DNA of 60,580 bases from an uncultured Lachnospiraceae bacterium (GCA_944375845.1 CALWAW010000004.1:1-60580); one strand, 5' to 3'. Counted from the stretch's first letter, positions 50,562-58,963 are shown. Notes: generated by a model not told the origin, from the sequence alone. Made by a program: numbers and translations.

Positions 50562-52201
50562 AAAATTATCCGTTGTATTCCGCCGACAGGTATCGGGATT
50601 TCGCGGAGCTCATAGAGGGACTTGGAAAAAAATACGCAAAGAACAGGGCGCTTGTCTGGTACACCAGAAGCCGCGAGGAAAAAAGCGTCACCTTCGGCCA
50701 GATGGCGAAGGATGTGGAGGCCCTTAAGGAGACCTTTATCCGCAAAGGGCTCGCGGGAAAGCACCTGGCCATTGTGGGCGAGAACAGCTATCAGTGGCTT
50801 CTGGCCTATATGGCGGCCACAGGCTGCGGCTCCGTGGCCGTGTGCATCGACATCGAGCAGTCCGACGAAACCATCATGCAGATGCTGAGAGCCGCCGACG
50901 CTGCCGCCGTCTTCGCTGCGCCTCCCTATCTGGAGATCTGCCGGAAGGCCCTGGAGGGGAAGGGAGAGGTCCTCAGGCTCCACGGGAAGGGGACAGAGAC
51001 CTCCCTTTCAGACTGGGTACAGGAGGGAGCGGAGCAGATCGCTTCAGGCGGAAAAAGTCCGGCTCCCCTCATCGAGCCGGGGCAGACGGCCTCCATCGTG
51101 TTCACCTCCGGCACAACCAGCACGTCGAAGCCGGTGATGTTAAGCCACCGGGCGATTCTCACCAACGCCTCCGACGCCTGGAATTACGTTCTGGTGGGAG
51201 AGAAGGTCTTTACGAACCTGCCCTTTTACCATACCTACGGCCTCACCTGCGCCGTGGTTTCCGTGTGGATGCGGGGCTCCACCCTGTACATCAACGGAAA
51301 CTTAAAGACGGTGATGCGGGATCTCCACGAGGCGGGCGCCCACAGCATGCTGACGGTGCCCCTGATGCTGGAGGCCATCCACAACCAGATCTGGCTGGCG
51401 GCCGAGCAGGCGGGAAAGGCCGACGGGCTTAAAAAGCTTTTAAAGCTTCAGAGGGCCAGGAAAAAGCTGGGGATCCGGAAGCCGGTGAAGGCCCTGGAGG
51501 CCGTCCGGGATAAAAGCGTGGGCACCCTGAGGCTCATCATCTGCGGCGGAGCCCACATGAGCCGCGAGATCATGGAGGAATTTGAGCTCATGGGCGTGAC
51601 GATCCTCCAGGGCTACGGCATCACGGAGTGCGCCCCTCTCGTGTGCGTCAACAGGAACGAGTACAACAGGCTGGATTCCGTGGGACTGGTGCTTCCCCAC
51701 TGCCAGGTGAAGCTTCAGGAGGGAGAGATCCTGGTGCGGGGCGACAACGTGATGAACGGCTACTACAATTCGCCGGAGCTGACGGCCGAGGCCATGGAGG
51801 ACGGCTGGTTCCACACCGGCGACGTGGGCGAGCTGGATAAGGACGGCTTCTTATATATCACGGGAAGAAAGAAGAATCTGGTGGTATTCAAGAACGGGAA
51901 AAAGGTTTCCCCTGAAAAGCTGGAGGATCAGATCAAAAAGCTCCCTCTGGTGAAGGACGTGGTGGTTTACGGGGCGGCCAGCGGCGCCTCCGCCGACGAT
52001 GTGAAGCTGGCGGCCAGCATTTACCCGGATCCGGACCGGACTGCCGGGATGGATTCCTACGAGATATTGGAGGAGCTGCAGGAGGGGATCAACGAGATCA
52101 ACGACAGCCTCCCCTTCTACCAGCAGATCCAGATGGTCAACATCAGGGAGCAGGAATTCGCAAAGACGGCCATGCAGAAGATCAAGAGATATATGGTTTA
52201 A
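50558..52201 (+). CDS. Long-chain fatty acyl-AMP/CoA ligase
   Basis: FTSGTTSTSK, GYGITE, FHTGD, ITGRKKN. Confidence 0.92.
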   Translation: MKNYPLYSADRYRDFAELIEGLGKKYAKNRALVWYTRSREEKSVTFGQMAKDVEALKETFIRKGLAGKHLAIVGENSYQWLLAYMAATGCGSVAVCIDIEQSDETIMQMLRAADAAAVFAAPPYLEICRKALEGKGEVLRLHGKGTETSLSDWVQEGAEQIASGGKSPAPLIEPGQTASIVFTSGTTSTSKPVMLSHRAILTNASDAWNYVLVGEKVFTNLPFYHTYGLTCAVVSVWMRGSTLYINGNLKTVMRDLHEAGAHSMLTVPLMLEAIHNQIWLAAEQAGKADGLKKLLKLQRARKKLGIRKPVKALEAVRDKSVGTLRLIICGGAHMSREIMEEFELMGVTILQGYGITECAPLVCVNRNEYNRLDSVGLVLPHCQVKLQEGEILVRGDNVMNGYYNSPELTAEAMEDGWFHTGDVGELDKDGFLYITGRKKNLVVFKNGKKVSPEKLEDQIKKLPLVKDVVVYGAASGASADDVKLAASIYPDPDRTAGMDSYEILEELQEGINEINDSLPFYQQIQMVNIREQEFAKTAMQKIKRYMV

Positions 52202-52219
52202 CATACGAAGGGAAGATGG

Positions 52220-52468
52220 ATGGACATGGAAGAAGAAATGCTTGGATTTATTCAGGACGTGGTGCGGCGTGTCACAGGCAAGGGGAACCTCACCTACGAT
52301 ACGGATTTCGTACAGGATCTGGGACTGAACTCCTTTGACATCATGAACGTGGTCTGCGCCTTTGAGGAGCATTTTGACACCGACATCCCCACCAGGGACG
52401 TGTGGCAGATGCGCCAGGTGAAGGACGTGATCGAGTACATGAAAAAGAGGGGAATCACCCAGGTATGA
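52220..52468 (+). CDS. Stand-alone acyl carrier protein
   Basis: DLGLNSFD phosphopantetheine site; 82 aa, acidic. Confidence 0.9.
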   Translation: MDMEEEMLGFIQDVVRRVTGKGNLTYDTDFVQDLGLNSFDIMNVVCAFEEHFDTDIPTRDVWQMRQVKDVIEYMKKRGITQV

Positions 52469-53115
52469 GCAGGTCTTATGTGTTCCTGTTTTCCGGGGAC
52501 GATAAAAGAAGCCCGGAGGAAAGGCTGAAAACTGCGGCGGCGGCGTATCTAGCAGACGGGGAGGAGCCGGAGCTTTTAAGGGCGCCCTCCCGGGAGGCCG
52601 GAGAGGGCTGGGAGGTGGCCAGGGGAGAGCGGGGAAAGCCCTATTTTCCCCAAAGGCCGGAGCTTGGTTTTTCCATCAGCCATACGGGGCCCCTCTGGGC
52701 CTGCGCCTTTCACAGGGGGCCGGTGGGCCTGGATATTCAGGAGCATACCCGTTTTCGCGGCGAGGACTGGGCGGCGGCGGATGAGCGCCTGGGGCGCCTG
52801 GCCGTCCGCTTTTTCCACAAAAAAGAGGCGGCCTATGTGGGAGGACACCATGAGCGGTTTTTCCAGATATGGGCCGCGAAGGAAAGCTATGTGAAATATA
52901 CGGGCCGGGGGATTGACGAGAGCTTCGGGGAATTTTCGGTCCTTCCCTCCGATTTGGGAGAGGGCCTTCCGGAAAGCTGGGAAGCCCTGGGGGTCCGCTT
53001 CCATGAGACCGCGCTTTCCAACGGTTTCACCGTCTGCGTCTGCATGGAGAGGGGAGCAGGCTGCGCCCTCTACACATGCACAGGGCCTGCTTTCCGCAGG
53101 CAGAGCATTTTTTAA
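52465..53115 (+). CDS. Sfp-type 4'-phosphopantetheinyl transferase
   Basis: GKPYF, FSISHT, VGLDIQ, WAAKESYVKYTGRG; ATGA overlap with ACP; 3' end crosses the att site. Confidence 0.92.
   Translation: MSRSYVFLFSGDDKRSPEERLKTAAAAYLADGEEPELLRAPSREAGEGWEVARGERGKPYFPQRPELGFSISHTGPLWACAFHRGPVGLDIQEHTRFRGEDWAAADERLGRLAVRFFHKKEAAYVGGHHERFFQIWAAKESYVKYTGRGIDESFGEFSVLPSDLGEGLPESWEALGVRFHETALSNGFTVCVCMERGAGCALYTCTGPAFRRQSIF
53065..53086. other. Hybrid attachment site at the feoB 5'-half junction
   Basis: GCCCTCTACA[CA]TGCACAGGGC; central CA at 53075-53076. Confidence 0.85.
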
Positions 53116-54064
53116 AGCAGGGGTCCAGGTTGAAGGCGGCCCGGGGCAGATACCCCAGATCCTCAAGGAGAGTGAACAGGGGAAAGAAAATGGCCATGGG
53201 CGGCAGCATGACGGCCGCCACCCAGGCGGTGACCCGGTAGACGCCAAGAATCAGGGCTCCCGAAAGCCAGGAGGGCGCGCCCAGGGCCTCGGCCGCAAGG
53301 AGCAGCTTTCCCTCCAGCAGGGAAAAGAGGCGGCTTAAAAGGGCGCTGGGGTAATTGGCGCCGCTTAGGGAGATCCAGAACAGAAGGAACAGAAGTCCCA
53401 GCATCACAAGGGTCCCGGTGACGGGGCCCGTTAAGATCCGGTCGGCCCGAAGGTCCCGCCTCCGGAAGGCGGGACGGTTCTCCCGCACAGCCTCCGCTGC
53501 GATGGCCCCGGCCTTTTGAAAGATGTGCTCCGGAGGCGGTTCGCAGGTGGAGAGAAGAAGAGGCGGCTGATCCTTATAGGAGACCGTCTTTTTTAAAAGC
53601 TCATGGAGCCCCTCACCCCGGGCGGCGCTGATGGCGGCCACAGGGATCCCGAGACGCTTTTCCAGAAGGGGAAGGTCGATGGTGATTCCTTTTTTTTGCG
53701 CCTCGTCCCAGAGGTTTACGCAGAGAATTACGCTGGGCGTAAGCTCCAGAAGCTGAAGGGCCAGCCTTACGCCCCGCTCCAGGCAGGTGGCGTCGCAGAC
53801 GGCCAGGATCACCTGGAAGCCTCCGGCCGCGATGGCTTCTCTGGCGGCCTCCTCGTCGGGGGAGTCGCTTCTTAAGGAATAGATTCCGGGAAGGTCGGTG
53901 AGCTCCAGGCGGGTGCCCTCAAAGACGCAGGTCCCGAAGGCGCAGGCCACCGTCTTTCCCGTCCAGTTTCCCACATGCTGGTGAAGGCCCGTGAGGGCGT
54001 TGAACAGCGTGCTCTTTCCCACGTTGGGATTTCCCGCCAGGGCGGCCCTGCATGTCTCTTCCAT
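53075..54064 (-). CDS. feoB: FeoB, 5' segment (GTPase domain and first TM/gate region)
   Basis: GNPNVGKS, GNWTGKTV, DLPGIYSL, NLWDE, LEDLGYLPR; homology ends at GKQALCMC and the frame runs on into the element to 53027. Confidence 0.94.
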
Positions 54065-54066
54065 GG

Positions 54067-54315
54067 TCAGCCCGCCTCCCGGACAGGCGATACGAGGATA
54101 CCGGCCGCGTCCTCCCGCCGCAGGGCGATCAGGGCGCCGCCAAGGGCGTAGGCGGCGTTTTCCCCGCGGCGGCCCTTAAAGGCGCAGGCGACGGAAACGC
54201 CGGGGAAAAAGCCCAGCTCCCCTAAGCGGGCGGCGCAGGGGAGGTCTTGGTCTATTTTTGCAAGGACGGCGCGGCCGCCGGCCTCAAGCTGGTCCAGAGG
54301 AAAAAAAGATGACAT
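54067..54315 (-). CDS. feoA: Ferrous iron transport protein A
   Basis: RLGELGFFPG...ALIALRREDA; directly upstream of feoB. Confidence 0.9.
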   Translation of the reverse strand: MSSFFPLDQLEAGGRAVLAKIDQDLPCAARLGELGFFPGVSVACAFKGRRGENAAYALGGALIALRREDAAGILVSPVREAG

Positions 54316-54341
54316 AAAAGCCTCCTTGTGAGATGTTATGA

Positions 54342-54371
54342 TATGGTATGAAAAAGGAGGCTTCTGCGTGC
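54342..54371 (-). promoter_or_regulatory. Sigma-K-like (late mother-cell) promoter of feoA-feoB
   Basis: Minus strand GCACG-16 bp-CATACCATA, matching mACm-N16-CATAnnnTA, just upstream of the AAGGAGG RBS. Confidence 0.65.
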
Positions 54372-54406
54372 GGATACGGGTGTGCGGTGAAATATTATTT
54401 CATGTG

Positions 54407-54502
54407 TTTATACAATCCCCACAATTTATACAAAGGACATCGTGAAAATTTCCCTAATTTATACAAGAGACACTTGACATGGTGACTTATTTGAGATAGT
54501 AT
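54407..54502 (+). promoter_or_regulatory. Three TTTATACAA direct repeats and the sigma-A promoter of fba
   Basis: Repeats at 54407, 54425 and 54458; TTGACA(54474)-17 bp-TAGTAT(54497). Confidence 0.7.
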
Positions 54503-54539
54503 GAAGACATAAAAGGTTCTTATAAGGAGGAAGTAAGCT

Positions 54540-55403
54540 ATGTTAATGAACATGAAAGAAATCCTTGCTCCGGCCAACGAGCACAATTTCGCTGTTCCGG
54601 CCTTCAATGTGAGCAGCAATATGATCTTAAAGGGCGTTATGCACACCTGCGAGGAAATGCAGGCTCCCGTGATCATCGCCATCCATCCCGACGAGCTGTC
54701 ATTCGTTGAGGACAGCTTTGTAAAGGCTGTTATTGAGGAGGCCCATAAGGCCACCGTTCCCGTCTGCATCCATCTGGATCACGGTTCAAAGTTCGAGCAG
54801 GTGCTCCGCGCCATCCAGGACGGCTTCACCTCCGTTATGATCGACGGCGCTCATCTTCCTCTTGAAGAGAATATCGCCATCACCAAGAAGGTGGTAGAGG
54901 TGGCTCATCCCGTAAACGTATCCGTTGAGGCTGAGCTGGGCACCATCGGCACCGCCGATGATTACGGCGAGGCCGGTTCCAAGGAGATCATCTACACCGA
55001 GGTAGACGACGCCGTTAAGTTCATCAAAGAGACCGACATCGACTGCCTGGCCATCGCCATCGGTACTGCCCACGGCCTGTATCCGAAGGACAGGAAGCCG
55101 AAGCTGGCCCTTGACAGGTTACAGGAGATCAAGGCCAACGTAAGCATTCCGCTGGTACTGCACGGCGGTTCCGGAAACCCCGACGAGGAGATCGCTCAGT
55201 CCGTCAAGCTCGGCGTGAACAAGATCAACATCTCCAGCGACATCAAGGACGCCTTCTATCAGAAGTGCCGTCAGGTTCTTCAGGACAAGGCCCTGCGCGA
55301 GCCCATGGCCATTTATCCTGAGTGCATCGACGCCATGAACGAGGTGGTCCGTCATAAGATCAACCTGTTCGACGACGCTGACAAGGCGAAATACTACAAA
55401 TAA
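54540..55403 (+). CDS. Class II ketose-bisphosphate aldolase
   Basis: HLDHG, VEAELG, AIGTAHG, LVLHGGSG, KINI. Confidence 0.94.
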   Translation: MLMNMKEILAPANEHNFAVPAFNVSSNMILKGVMHTCEEMQAPVIIAIHPDELSFVEDSFVKAVIEEAHKATVPVCIHLDHGSKFEQVLRAIQDGFTSVMIDGAHLPLEENIAITKKVVEVAHPVNVSVEAELGTIGTADDYGEAGSKEIIYTEVDDAVKFIKETDIDCLAIAIGTAHGLYPKDRKPKLALDRLQEIKANVSIPLVLHGGSGNPDEEIAQSVKLGVNKINISSDIKDAFYQKCRQVLQDKALREPMAIYPECIDAMNEVVRHKINLFDDADKAKYYK

Positions 55404-55425
55404 GCTGCAAGGCTTTCAGACGATG

Positions 55426-55470
55426 CAAAACCGCACCCCTGCGGAGCGTAAGCTCCGCAAGGGTGTTTTT
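55426..55470 (+). terminator. Intrinsic terminator after the aldolase
   Basis: CACCCCTGCGGAGC-gtaa-GCTCCGCAAGGGTG followed by TTTTT. Confidence 0.75.
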
Positions 55471-55491
55471 GCGTAGAGAAAAGGAGGAGCC

Positions 55492-56187
55492 ATGAGATAC
55501 GAGGGCGTAAGCCGGGGAAGGTTCTTGAAAAGGCCCAACAGGTTCCTGGCCGACGTGGAGACGGACGGCCGGGTGCTCCGGTGCCATGTGAAGAACACGG
55601 GAAGGCTCCGGGAGCTTCTGATCCCGGGGGCCCCGGTGTGGATCCAGAAAAAGGATGCGCCGGGAAGAAAGACAGGCTGGGATCTGATCAGCGTGGGAAA
55701 GGAGACAGACGGAGGAAGCCTCTCCATTGTCAACATCGATTCCCAGGCACCCAACGAGGAGGCTGCCAGATGGATCCGGGAGGGCGGGCTCTTTCCCCGG
55801 GTCACGGAGGTGAAACGGGAGAGGCGGTTCGGCGATTCCCGGTTCGACCTCTATATCGAGGCCGGCGGCGAAAGGAGCTTCATGGAGGTGAAGGGCGTCA
55901 CCCTTGACGCGGGCGGAAGGGCCCTGTTTCCCGACGCGCCCACGGCGCGGGGCGTAAAGCACGTGGAGGAGCTTATCAAATGCGCGGCCGCGGGCTTCGG
56001 GGCGTATCTGCTCTTTGTGATCCAGATGAAGGGGATCCGGGAATTTTCCCCAAATGAAAACACCCATCCTGAATTTGCCGCCGCCTTGAGGCGGGCAGAT
56101 CAGGAGGGTGTCCGTATTCTTGCTTATGACTGTGCGGTCACGGAGGACTCCATGACCATAGACGCGCCGGTGAGGGTCAGGCTCTGA
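55492..56187 (+). CDS. sfsA: DNA/RNA nuclease SfsA
   Basis: RPNRF, HVKNTGRLRELL, SRFD, EVKGVTL, FPDAPTARG. Confidence 0.95.
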   Translation: MRYEGVSRGRFLKRPNRFLADVETDGRVLRCHVKNTGRLRELLIPGAPVWIQKKDAPGRKTGWDLISVGKETDGGSLSIVNIDSQAPNEEAARWIREGGLFPRVTEVKRERRFGDSRFDLYIEAGGERSFMEVKGVTLDAGGRALFPDAPTARGVKHVEELIKCAAAGFGAYLLFVIQMKGIREFSPNENTHPEFAAALRRADQEGVRILAYDCAVTEDSMTIDAPVRVRL

Positions 56188-57606
56188 TCAGAGCTTGACG
56201 ATCCTCATCATGTCGATGGCGCTGTTCTTCTCGTGGGGGCCGCCGGAGATCACGATGGTGTCCCCCTCCTCCACGATGCCGGAGCTCAGGGCGATCTCCT
56301 CGGCGTGGCAGAACAGGTCGTCGGCGCTTTCCTGCTCCTTTGCCTGGAAGGGATAGACGCCCCAGGTCAGGTTCAGCTGGCGGATGGCCTTCTGATCTAC
56401 GGTGGGCGCGATCACAGGGGAGGCGGGCCGGTAATCGGCGATCATCCTGGCGCTGCGTCCCGTTCTGGTGACGGCCACGATGGCCTTGGCGTCCAGATAG
56501 TTGGCCGAGGTGATGGCGGAGATGCCCACGGCCACAGCCGGGATCTTTTCCAGGCACAGGGATTCATGGAGCTCGGAAAACTGCTTCTTGTAGTCGATGT
56601 TGCTCTCGGTGGCCTCGGCGATCTCGGCCATGGTGCGGACCGCGTCGGTGGGATAATCCCCGGCGGCCGTCTCGCCGGAGAGCATGATGGCCGTGGTGCC
56701 GTCGTAAATGGCGTTGGCCACGTCGGAGACCTCGGCCCTGGTGGGACGGGGGCTGTGGGTCATGGATTCCAGCATCTGGGTGGCGGTCACCACGTGCTTT
56801 CCTGCCAGATAGCACTTGTGGATGATCTCCTTCTGGATGCCGGGCAGCAGGCGGAAGGGGATCTCAACGCCCATGTCGCCTCTGGCCACCATGATGCCGT
56901 CGGCCAGCTCCAGGATCTGGTCCAGGTTTTCAATGCCCTGGGTGTTCTCGATCTTGGCGATGATCTGGATCCGGCGGCCGCCGTTGTCGTCCAGAAGCTT
57001 CCGGAGCTTGTGGATATCGTCGGCGGTCCTGGTGAAGGAGGCGGCGATGAAATCCACGTCCTGGGAAATGCCGAAGAGAATATCGCTTCGGTCCGTTTCG
57101 CTGATATAGGGCATGGGAATGTTCAGGTTGGGGATGTTGATGCTCTTTCTGTTGCTGACCTTCCCGCCGTTGATGACGCGGCAGATCACGGAGCTTCCCT
57201 CGATCCGCTCCACGAACATGGCGATCTTTCCGTCGTCGATGAGGATCCTGGTGCCGATGGTGACGGCCGCCGCCAGATGGGGATAGGAAAGGCCGATGCC
57301 CTCGGCGGTTCCCGGCTCGGATGAGGCGGTCAGCGCGAAGGTCTGGCCCGGCTCCAGAACCACGGAGCCCTCCTCAAAATCCTTTAAGCGGATCTCAGGC
57401 CCCTTGGTGTCTAAAAGCAGGGCCACGGGCACGTTCATTTCGGCGCTGATGCGCTTCACCCGGTCCATGCGGGCCTTCTGCTCCTCGTGGGAGCCGTGGG
57501 AAAAATTAAAGCGGGCGCAGTCCATGCCGCCGCCGATCAGGGCGCGGATGGCCTCGTCGCTGTCGACGGCAGGGCCCATTGTGCAGATGATCTTTGTCTT
57601 TCTCAT
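56188..57606 (-). CDS. pyk: Pyruvate kinase
   Basis: RKTKIICTMGP, LDTKGPEIR, MVARGDMG, TQMLESM, PTRAEVSD. Confidence 0.97.
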   Translation of the reverse strand: MRKTKIICTMGPAVDSDEAIRALIGGGMDCARFNFSHGSHEEQKARMDRVKRISAEMNVPVALLLDTKGPEIRLKDFEEGSVVLEPGQTFALTASSEPGTAEGIGLSYPHLAAAVTIGTRILIDDGKIAMFVERIEGSSVICRVINGGKVSNRKSINIPNLNIPMPYISETDRSDILFGISQDVDFIAASFTRTADDIHKLRKLLDDNGGRRIQIIAKIENTQGIENLDQILELADGIMVARGDMGVEIPFRLLPGIQKEIIHKCYLAGKHVVTATQMLESMTHSPRPTRAEVSDVANAIYDGTTAIMLSGETAAGDYPTDAVRTMAEIAEATESNIDYKKQFSELHESLCLEKIPAVAVGISAITSANYLDAKAIVAVTRTGRSARMIADYRPASPVIAPTVDQKAIRQLNLTWGVYPFQAKEQESADDLFCHAEEIALSSGIVEEGDTIVISGGPHEKNSAIDMMRIVKL

Positions 57607-57612
57607 TGATAT

Positions 57613-58068
57613 TCAACTCCTTTTCGCAGGCCGAAGCATCTGGATATAAGCAAGCTTTTCATAGCCGTATTTTTCATAAAGTCCTAAAACGTCCGCGTTT
57701 TTCGGCGCCACCTCCAGGCGGTAGCCGGCGGCCCGGCCTTTATATTCCTCAAAGAACCAGTCGAAGAATTTTGCCGCAAGGCCAAGGCCTCTGGCCGCGG
57801 GCTCAAGGTAGAGCTCCTCCAGGATAATCATGGGCCCGCCCGCCTCGCTGCTCCAGGAATGGGCGATGACGGCGTAGCCCGAGGGCGTTCCCGCCGTTTC
57901 CTCCAGCATCAGGCAGCGCACGTAAGGCGAGCCGGAAAGGGCGCCCTCCAGGTTCTGCTCTGTGATCCTTGCGGAGAAATCGTGGAGCACGGCGTCGCTA
58001 TGGTAGAAATTTTCGGACATTTTAAGAAAAATTTTCTTGTCAGCCCCAGTCATATCTCTTATAATCAT
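57613..58068 (-). CDS. GNAT-family N-acetyltransferase
   Basis: EELYLEPAARGLGLA, LYEKYGY. Confidence 0.88.
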   Translation of the reverse strand: MIIRDMTGADKKIFLKMSENFYHSDAVLHDFSARITEQNLEGALSGSPYVRCLMLEETAGTPSGYAVIAHSWSSEAGGPMIILEELYLEPAARGLGLAAKFFDWFFEEYKGRAAGYRLEVAPKNADVLGLYEKYGYEKLAYIQMLRPAKRS

Positions 58069-58162
58069 ATCATGAATTCTCCTTGAAAAAAAAATTCCCT
58101 TCTATCATAGTTGATATGGCGGGAAATATCAAGTAAATAGATCGTTAAATCGAAAGACAGGT

Positions 58163-58963
58163 GTGGATATGACAACAAAATGGATAAAAAAAAGGCGTTC
58201 CCGCGTCATCCGGACCGTGGTGTTTGTGATTGCGCTGGCGGTTTTTCTGATTTCGGCCTGGCAGCTTCTTTCCATTTTTCTGGAATATAAAAGAGGGAGC
58301 GACGAGTACGACAGCCTGGCCAGTCAGGCAGAGCAGCTTCTTGAGACGGCGCAGGCGGAAAACCCCGGAGAGACCCAGGCGGCGGAGGAACGGCCGTCTA
58401 CGGGCCCCTGGACGCAGTTTCACAATACGATGCTGGCCCAGAACGAGGATTACGTGGGTTGGATCATCATCGAGGATACGAAGATCAATTACCCCATCGT
58501 CCAGTTTTCGGACAACAGCTGGTATCTGAACCATACCTTCGAGGGGCAGGAAAACTCCTCCGGGGCGCTGTTTGAGGACTGCGGGATCCCCGAAAAAATG
58601 GAGGGGAAGAATGTGATCGTCTACGGCCACAACATGAAGAACGGCTCCATGTTCGCCAACCTGAAGAAGTTCCGCGAGGACGATTTTTACGAATCCCACA
58701 AAACCTTCCAGGTCTATACGGAGACGGGCTTTTACACCTACGAGATTTTCGCGGTGTGCGTGGTGTCCCCCGACAGCGACGCCTACACCTTAAGCTTTGC
58801 GGACGACGCGGCCTTCCTCTCTTATGTGGAGCAGATGCAGGCACAGTCCATCATGGATACCGGCGTCCAGGTGCAGGCCGAGGACCGGATTATCACCCTC
58901 TCCACCTGCGTCAACAACAACCGGGACCGTCTCATTGTTCAGGCCCGCCGTTTAGAATCTTAA
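58163..58963 (+). CDS. srtB: Class B sortase
   Basis: N-terminal TM helix; INYPIVQ..DN..YL, VYGHNMKNGSMF, TLSTC...R. Confidence 0.92.
   Translation: MDMTTKWIKKRRSRVIRTVVFVIALAVFLISAWQLLSIFLEYKRGSDEYDSLASQAEQLLETAQAENPGETQAAEERPSTGPWTQFHNTMLAQNEDYVGWIIIEDTKINYPIVQFSDNSWYLNHTFEGQENSSGALFEDCGIPEKMEGKNVIVYGHNMKNGSMFANLKKFREDDFYESHKTFQVYTETGFYTYEIFAVCVVSPDSDAYTLSFADDAAFLSYVEQMQAQSIMDTGVQVQAEDRIITLSTCVNNNRDRLIVQARRLES

Larger units (their letters stand above)
38557..53076. mobile_element. feoB-intervening integrative element (14,518 bp) with a serine recombinase and NRPS/two-component cargo
   Basis: Bounded by CACATGGAGAGGGCC (38555-38569) and CACATGCACAGGGCC (53073-53087); recombinase at one end; removal restores the feoB frame. 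Confidence 0.92.

Noticed and set aside
53043-53053. Exact 11-bp repeat CATGGAGAGGG (also at 38557-38567) as the element boundary
   Set aside because: Recombination here removes 14,486 bp and leaves feoB out of frame (1,871 bp). It may be an accessory site or chance.
38557-53076. Prophage or ICE
   Set aside because: No structural, replication, relaxase or type IV secretion genes; composition looks host-like by eye
37708-54064. Treating the two feoB pieces as independent pseudogenes or paralogues
   Set aside because: They are exactly complementary, undegraded, and rejoin in frame at a symmetric att core
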